Virus genome (UHGV): UHGV-0231044
Source of the DNA: a virus
Length of the DNA stretch: 12,171 nt
Direction: 5' to 3' (one strand)
In this document: positions 6,971-12,171 of the stretch, piece after piece
How positions within the stretch are numbered: the stretch's first letter is position 1
How the letters are laid out: each line of letters starts with the position of its first letter
The notes under the pieces: model-generated
What the model saw: the letters and a program-made list of their open reading frames with translations, nothing else
The model's database searches: none
What the model was told of the DNA's origin: nothing
Translations under genes and position numbers: made by a program

Positions 6971-7251
6971 TACGGTTTCCCCCTGCCCTTAAAGCGGCGC
7001 TGAATGGCAATCTCAATCACCTGATAACCGGCGATACCCAGCATGGAGCCGATGCCGCACACCGCAGGCAGTGACAGGTCAGGAAACTGCACCAGAACAA
7101 CACCGGCAACCATCGAGACAAAACCACCGAGCAACATGCGCCCGATAAACAGACGCGGGGTGATGGGTTCACCACCGGCAAGCACCTTGCCGACAACAAT
7201 CAGCACCCCAATCATGAAAAGCGACAGGACGCTTTTTTCTTCTGCTGTCAT
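6970..7251 (-). CDS. Y: Holin GpY
   Basis: 93-aa ORF with hydrophobic helices (VLSLFMIGVLIVVGKVLAGG; LFIGRMLLGGFVSMVAGVVLV; AVCGIGSMLGIAGY) and basic C-terminus RRFKGRGKP; immediately upstream of endolysin. Confidence 0.88.
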   Translation of the reverse strand: MTAEEKSVLSLFMIGVLIVVGKVLAGGEPITPRLFIGRMLLGGFVSMVAGVVLVQFPDLSLPAVCGIGSMLGIAGYQVIEIAIQRRFKGRGKP

Positions 7252-7254
7252 GCG

Positions 7255-7458
7255 TTACTCCCACAGATTGACAGTTTCAGCCACGGGCGCGGTCTGAACG
7301 TCGGGCAGTTCGACGGCGGTGCCGTGTGGCAGCACCGCACCCAGTTCAGCCAGTCCCGGATTTGCGGCGAGCACGGTCTCAACCACGCCCTCAGTGCGCC
7401 CGTAATACCGGACACAAATGGCGTCGAGCGTGTCGCCCTGTAGCGCAAAGGTCTTCAT
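7255..7458 (-). CDS. X: Tail protein GpX (67 aa)
   Basis: ORF track gives 90 aa from 7527, but the in-frame ATG at 7458..7456 (MKTFALQGDTLDAICVRYYGRTEGVVETVLAANPGL...) gives the P2 gpX length of 67 aa and overlaps the L stop as ATGA; upstream extension would lie inside L. Confidence 0.8.
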   Translation of the reverse strand: MKTFALQGDTLDAICVRYYGRTEGVVETVLAANPGLAELGAVLPHGTAVELPDVQTAPVAETVNLWE

Positions 7459-7967
7459 CAGATTTGACTCACGATGCAGCGCGGCTTGTCCTGGATGCGC
7501 GCCACTGCCCAGCGCATATCCCGCCACAGCTCATCAATGGTGCTGTCAATGCTGTCGGCCTTCTTGTCGCCTTTGGCACTGGCATCCACGCCGCGGTAAC
7601 GCTCATAAAGCGACGCGGTCGCCATCGCACACACGGCGCGCTCGTAGTAAAAAACTTTGATGCTTTCACCGTCGATGTCGTCCGCCGGGACTTCCGCCAG
7701 ACGCGTAAAACCGGCGGCAATTTTCTGTTCGCGGTACTCGTACAGCTCCGCATTCGTCTCCGCCATGCCTGACTTGATGGCCTCACGCAGACGGGCGGGG
7801 GCGACGGTCTGCTCAAGGCGCATACGTTCCCGGACGCGCTTCGGGTCGATATCGGGAAAAAAGAACGTGTTTTTAATCACCGGCTCGTCGCCTGCCGGTT
7901 GCGGGATGACCACCGTACCCTCACCGGACACGGGAGCCTCCTTTCGCGGAATAATCAGCGTCATCAT
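7458..7967 (-). CDS. L: Head completion/stabilisation protein GpL (169 aa)
   Basis: ORF track starts at 8027, but ATG 7967 (MMTLIIPRKEAPVSGEGTVVIPQPAGDEP...) has a GAGG Shine-Dalgarno 6-9 nt upstream and gives the P2 gpL length (169 aa). Confidence 0.87.
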   Translation of the reverse strand: MMTLIIPRKEAPVSGEGTVVIPQPAGDEPVIKNTFFFPDIDPKRVRERMRLEQTVAPARLREAIKSGMAETNAELYEYREQKIAAGFTRLAEVPADDIDGESIKVFYYERAVCAMATASLYERYRGVDASAKGDKKADSIDSTIDELWRDMRWAVARIQDKPRCIVSQI

Positions 7968-8066
7968 GACTACCTCTGAAAAGTCGGGCGGTGGACGCCG
8001 GTGCAGTGTCAGGTGATTCACCCTCACTGACCGGCGTGCCGCCCTGGCGCGGGGCGCATTCGGTTG

Positions 8067-8810
8067 TTAACTGGCTTTCTTTTTCGGGCGTCCACGTTTT
8101 GCCGGTGTCACGCTCCGGGTCTTACGCGGGGCGCGGGTGGCCGCTTTGGGCTGCGGCTCCGGCTTCGGTTTCAGCTCCCGCTCCAGTCGTTCAATCTCTT
8201 TTTTGACGCCTGCCTGACAGTCGAGCTGTGTCGCACGTTGCAGGTGTGCCAGCGCACCGGCGGCATCACCACCGTCACGCAGAAACAGACCGGTGATTTT
8301 GTGCAGCTTTGCGCGCACTTCATCAGGCATGTCTGCCGTGGCGGTCAGTTCAAGGGTCTCCGTCAGCAGGCGGGTATCCACAGACTCACCGGCAGCGTGA
8401 GCGCGCATGGCCGCAAGCGCTACCTCCTCGGTGAACATGTACGGCGGGGTACGGCGGTGTTTACCCGGCATGGTCAGACCGTACTTCAGGGCATAACGGG
8501 CAATCTCCAGCGCACCGGCAATATCGCCGGTATCCAGACGCCACAGCATGACCGTCATCAGAATGTCATCCTGTGCACCTTTGCCCTGCTCCAGCACGCC
8601 GTTCACCCACGGCAACCAGAACGGCAGCAGTTCGCGTTTTTTCGCGGCCTTCAGCTCTTTTGAATAAATCGCTTTCAGTGTGCGCTGGTCTGCGGCGAGC
8701 TTAACCAGCATCTGCTCATAGACAGTTGCATGTCGCAGCGGGGCGGCTTCCCGCTGCGCGGTCATCGCTGCCGAGACCCGCATCATGTGGCGCTGTGCGG
8801 GACTCGTCAT
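8067..8810 (-). CDS. M: Terminase small (endonuclease) subunit GpM
   Basis: 247-aa ORF MTSPAQRHMMRVSAAMTAQREAAPLRHATVYEQMLVKLAADQRTLKAIYS... with basic C-terminal tail (RAPRKTRSVTPAKRGRPKKKAS); size and sequence typical of P2 gpM; 4 nt after N. Confidence 0.92.
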   Translation of the reverse strand: MTSPAQRHMMRVSAAMTAQREAAPLRHATVYEQMLVKLAADQRTLKAIYSKELKAAKKRELLPFWLPWVNGVLEQGKGAQDDILMTVMLWRLDTGDIAGALEIARYALKYGLTMPGKHRRTPPYMFTEEVALAAMRAHAAGESVDTRLLTETLELTATADMPDEVRAKLHKITGLFLRDGGDAAGALAHLQRATQLDCQAGVKKEIERLERELKPKPEPQPKAATRAPRKTRSVTPAKRGRPKKKAS

Positions 8811-8813
8811 CGG

Positions 8814-9887
8814 TTACGCTCCCGGCTCTGCGGTCGCCCTGGCCGGTGTGGAGAAATCACCGACCTTAATTTTTTCCACCAGGCAACCGGCGGCGTAGTC
8901 TTCCACCACGAAATCAATATTCATTGACTCGTAGTTCTCCACGCGGTCGAGTTTCGGGTTTTCCTCAATCACGCGGCGATGGCTGTCATCCATGTAGTAG
9001 ATGGACAGGTTTTCCAGCTTCGTGATGAGCATCGCATCCGCCGGGAAGTACGGGACGCGTACCGCTGGCAGGTTGCCGATGCGTTTCTGGCTGATGATGA
9101 CGTCAGCGGCCAGCATCTCGCTGTTGTCCTGCTCCTTGTTGACGATGGGGAAATACTTGTCCGCCAGTAGCTGACGCCCCACAATCACCACAAGGTCAGG
9201 GTCTTCCTGATACCACGGTTCAATCAGGTTGTTGGTCGCATCCATCACCAGTGCATCAAGGCTGGCATAATCACCGCCCTTACCCACGCGGATAACCTCA
9301 GAGGTGGTGCGGCCTTCCTCGTCAGTGACCTTGCTCATCACGCGCGCCGGGGCTTCATTGCGGTATTTCTGCAGCCAGCCGACCGCCACATCCTGCAACA
9401 TCGGATTGCTGCTGCGGTCAGAGGTTTCGGCACGCTTCACGCCGTTAAAACCGGCCATGATGAAATCAAGGGACTGGCGTTTGATAATGGCGTTACGGAT
9501 ACGGAGCTGGAAATCCTGATAACGCGCCCACAGGTCCAGCGTTTTGTAGCGGATATAAAAATCGAAGTTAATCTGGTCGCATTCGTACTTGTTTGACGCC
9601 AGCTTCGAGAAGTCCTTCGGCTGACGTTCGGTGCCACCGGCGGTGTCGGTGGTGCTGGCGATGGAGCCGGTGACACCGATGCCAATTTTTTCCCCTTTCA
9701 TTTCGCTGACCGGCACAATGTTGATGCTGGTCAGAAAGTCAGAGGACTCCTGCATGGTGTTCATCAGGGTCTGGGTGACCGACGGTTCAACGGTGAATTT
9801 TTTCGACACATCACCGGCGTCGATGCCGTTCAGTTCGGCAACACGGGACAGATAGGCATTAAATTTAAAACGGGTTTCCTGGCGCAT
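8814..9887 (-). CDS. N: Major capsid protein GpN
   Basis: 357-aa ORF MRQETRFKFNAYLSRVAELNGIDAGDVSKKFTVEPSVTQTLMNTMQESSDFL...; size and sequence typical of P2 gpN (HK97-fold major capsid). Confidence 0.94.
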   Translation of the reverse strand: MRQETRFKFNAYLSRVAELNGIDAGDVSKKFTVEPSVTQTLMNTMQESSDFLTSINIVPVSEMKGEKIGIGVTGSIASTTDTAGGTERQPKDFSKLASNKYECDQINFDFYIRYKTLDLWARYQDFQLRIRNAIIKRQSLDFIMAGFNGVKRAETSDRSSNPMLQDVAVGWLQKYRNEAPARVMSKVTDEEGRTTSEVIRVGKGGDYASLDALVMDATNNLIEPWYQEDPDLVVIVGRQLLADKYFPIVNKEQDNSEMLAADVIISQKRIGNLPAVRVPYFPADAMLITKLENLSIYYMDDSHRRVIEENPKLDRVENYESMNIDFVVEDYAAGCLVEKIKVGDFSTPARATAEPGA

Positions 9888-9945
9888 ATTTGTTCCTGAA
9901 ATTAAGGGTTAATCGTGAAGGTTTTCCCGGACTGACTGACGCCGG

Positions 9946-10800
9946 TCAGCAGTTCGTCATCAGGGCGTCTCCGCCACCGCCGGTGGCCTTGCTGCGGCGC
10001 TGCTGGGTCAGACTTTCGGTGTGGTCGAGACTGTTTTTCAGGCGGGTGAATGCCTGGCTGGTTTCATCCGCCCTGTCAGTCACATCCTGCTTAAGTGCGG
10101 AAAAGGCGGTTTCCATCTCAGCGAGGCGCTGCTCAGTGGCGCTCAGTTTTTCCTGCACATGTTCAGCAACAGCGGTCACCGCTTCATGCACATCATTCAG
10201 ACGGGCGTCATCACTGGCCTGTTTGCGACCAAAAATGGATTTCACCTTTTCGGTCAGGGCGGTGAACACGGTTTCAGGCAGGTCTTCAAATTCCAGCTCA
10301 ACGGGCGTTGCCACTGAAATCAGGTTTTCAGGGCTTAATTTGAAGCGGTTCAGGGGGTTGTGTTTTGCCTTGCGGCAGAATTCCAGGTATTCCGTGCCGA
10401 GGCTCGCCGGGTCGTCGGTGACGGCCAGACCCACCAGATAACATTTGCCGGTATTGGCAAAGTTCGGCTGAATTTCCATTGAGGTGTAGACCTTCTGCGC
10501 GGCCTTGTTCATCGCGATAAGGTCATCGGTCGGGGTGATTTTCGCAAACAGCGCCCATTTGCCTTTCAGCGCCGAATCGTCGTCAATCTTTTCGGCCTTC
10601 AGTTCGACCACATCGCCATAACGTTTAAAAATACCGTCAGGCAGGATGCCGCGCAGATGTTCCAGGTTAATGCGGCAACCATAGACACGCGGGTCAAAGG
10701 TTTCGGCCATTTCCTGAATATCCTGCGCACTGATGACACGCCCGTCACAGGTGTCACCCTCAACGCCGATACGAAAGAATTTTGAGACTTTTTTTGCCAT
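9946..10800 (-). CDS. O: Capsid scaffolding protein GpO (284 aa)
   Basis: ORF track starts at 10866, but ATG 10800 (MAKKVSKFFRIGVEGDTCDGRVISAQDIQEMAETFDPRVYG...) gives the P2 gpO length (284 aa); the 22 upstream codons lie in the divergent promoter region. Confidence 0.9.
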   Translation of the reverse strand: MAKKVSKFFRIGVEGDTCDGRVISAQDIQEMAETFDPRVYGCRINLEHLRGILPDGIFKRYGDVVELKAEKIDDDSALKGKWALFAKITPTDDLIAMNKAAQKVYTSMEIQPNFANTGKCYLVGLAVTDDPASLGTEYLEFCRKAKHNPLNRFKLSPENLISVATPVELEFEDLPETVFTALTEKVKSIFGRKQASDDARLNDVHEAVTAVAEHVQEKLSATEQRLAEMETAFSALKQDVTDRADETSQAFTRLKNSLDHTESLTQQRRSKATGGGGDALMTNC

Positions 10801-10973
10801 TGTCAGGAGTCCTGAATAGTGATTAGAGGAGTCACATGTCGGCATCAGTTTCCCGACGATGCGCATCCTCCGCCATCAGTCCCGGATGGCTTATCACTGA
10901 CACAACAGCACCTTAGCGAATCGCGGGGCGCGACTCAGTAGCCTTGCCGTGTATTCATCACGGCGAGGTATTC
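10801..10973. promoter_or_regulatory. Divergent late promoter region between O and P (expected Ogr/Delta-activated late promoters); candidate activator half-site pair TGG-N12-ACA at about 10886-10903
   Basis: 173-bp non-coding gap between divergently transcribed O and P, the position of the P2 PO/PP late promoters (established for P2). Motif call is by eye, one mismatch to TGT-N12-ACA; other dyads present (GTCGG-N10-CCGAC around 10838-10857). Confidence 0.45.
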
Positions 10974-12171
10974 ATGACCATCACCACAGACACCACTCTT
11001 TTACACGACCCGCGTCGTCAGGCGGCGCTGCTGTACTGGCAGGGGTTTTCCGTGCCGCAGATTGCCGCCATGTTGCAGATGAAACGTCCGACGGTGCAGA
11101 GCTGGAAACAGCGCGACGGCTGGGACAGTGTTGCCCCCATCAGCCGTGTCGAAATGAGCCTGGAAGCGCGGCTGACCCAGCTCATCATCAAACCGCAGAA
11201 AACCGGCGGTGACTTCAAGGAAATTGACCTGCTGGGACGCCAGATTGAACGACTGGCACGGGTCAACCGCTACAGCCAGACCGGCAACGAGGCAGACCTT
11301 AATCCGAACGTCGCTAACCGCAACAAAGGCGGGCGGCGCAAACCGAAAAAGAATTTTTTCAGTGACGAGGCCATCGAAAAGCTGGAGCAGATTTTCTTTG
11401 AGCAGTCTTTCGAATATCAGTTGCACTGGTATCGCGCCGGGCTTGAGCACCGCATCCGCGATATCCTGAAATCCCGCCAGATTGGCGCGACGTTTTATTT
11501 TTCCCGCGAGGCGCTGCTGCGTGCCCTGAAAACCGGTCATAACCAGATTTTTCTGTCGGCCAGTAAAACGCAGGCGTATGTGTTCCGCGAATACATCATC
11601 GCCTTTGCCCGTCTGGTTGACGTTGACCTGACCGGAGACCCGATTGTCCTGGGCAATAACGGTGCAAAACTGATTTTTCTCGGCACCAACTCCAACACCG
11701 CACAGAGCCATAACGGCGACCTGTACGTCGACGAGATTTTCTGGATCCCGAATTTTCAGGTACTGCGTAAGGTGGCATCAGGTATGGCCTCACAGAGTCA
11801 CCTGCGCTCGACCTATTTCTCCACCCCGTCCACGCTGGCGCACGACGCCTACCCGTTCTGGTCAGGTGAACTGTTCAACCGGGGACGCGCCAGCGCCGCC
11901 GAACGCGTGGAAATCGACGTCAGTCATAACGCCCTTGCCGGTGGGCTTCTCTGTGCGGACGGCCAGTGGCGGCAGATTGTCACCATTGAGGACGCCCTGA
12001 AAGGTGGCTGCACGCTGTTCGACATTGAGCAGCTCAAACGTGAAAACAGCGCCGACGATTTTAAAAACCTGTTCATGTGTGAATTTGTTGACGACAAGGC
12101 GTCAGTGTTCCCGTTCGAGGAGCTGCAACGCTGCATGGTCGACACGCTGGAAGAATGGGAAGACTATGCGC
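10974..12171 (+). CDS. P: Terminase large (ATPase) subunit GpP, N-terminal 399 codons (3' end beyond window)
   Basis: ATG 10974 with GAGG 7 nt upstream; MTITTDTTLLHDPRRQAALLYWQGFSVPQIAAMLQMKRPTVQSWKQRDGWD... continuing to window edge; contains Walker-B-like hhhhDE (LYVDEIFWIP); divergent from O as in P2. The 236-aa minus-strand ORF 11001..11711 is an antisense shadow. Confidence 0.93.
   Translation, partial: MTITTDTTLLHDPRRQAALLYWQGFSVPQIAAMLQMKRPTVQSWKQRDGWDSVAPISRVEMSLEARLTQLIIKPQKTGGDFKEIDLLGRQIERLARVNRYSQTGNEADLNPNVANRNKGGRRKPKKNFFSDEAIEKLEQIFFEQSFEYQLHWYRAGLEHRIRDILKSRQIGATFYFSREALLRALKTGHNQIFLSASKTQAYVFREYIIAFARLVDVDLTGDPIVLGNNGAKLIFLGTNSNTAQSHNGDLYVDEIFWIPNFQVLRKVASGMASQSHLRSTYFSTPSTLAHDAYPFWSGELFNRGRASAAERVEIDVSHNALAGGLLCADGQWRQIVTIEDALKGGCTLFDIEQLKRENSADDFKNLFMCEFVDDKASVFPFEELQRCMVDTLEEWEDYA

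Noticed and set aside
7418-7816. Several overlapping ORFs on both strands (80, 115, 148 aa)
   Set aside because: Alternative frames of, or antisense to, L and X; no independent support.
8064-8663. 199-aa plus-strand ORF
   Set aside because: Antisense to terminase small subunit M; shadow ORF.
11001-11711. 236-aa minus-strand ORF
   Set aside because: Antisense to terminase ATPase P, whose sequence is unambiguous.
1-12171. CRISPR arrays, tRNA/rRNA genes, integrase/transposase or attachment sites
   Set aside because: None seen: no regularly spaced repeats, no tRNA-like cloverleaf candidates in the intergenic gaps, and all long ORFs are accounted for by phage late genes plus the single cargo gene.

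Overview
This window is the late (morphogenesis and lysis) region of a P2-like (Peduovirus-type) temperate myophage or prophage from an enterobacterial host. I recognise it from the gene order and the protein sequences. On the minus strand, from right to left: capsid scaffold O, major capsid N, terminase small subunit M, head completion L, tail protein X, holin Y, endolysin K, LysA, LysB/LysC spanins, tail completion R and S, then baseplate V, W, J, I and the 5' part of tail fibre H. The terminase ATPase gene P runs divergently on the plus strand at the right edge (truncated by the window). Backbone GC is about 55-65% by hand count of sample lines. The one part not explained by the conserved backbone is an AT-rich island of about 1.3 kb (about 3295-4599, roughly 27-35% GC) lying exactly between S and V. 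It carries a single plus-strand gene (3423-4496, 357 aa), opposite in orientation to all late genes, with a plausible promoter of its own and a clean hairpin terminator. The product has a soluble N-terminal domain of about 220 aa, two adjacent C-terminal transmembrane helices and a C-terminal tail of about 85 aa, and I see no recognisable catalytic motif. In P2-like phages this S/V position is one of the classic non-essential cargo (moron) slots, alongside Z/fun and tin/old, which are known to carry phage-exclusion genes. I therefore rate this gene as the most interesting object here: a candidate single-gene, membrane-acting anti-phage or superinfection-exclusion determinant of unknown family. 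No tRNA, rRNA, CRISPR array, integrase or transposase is visible.
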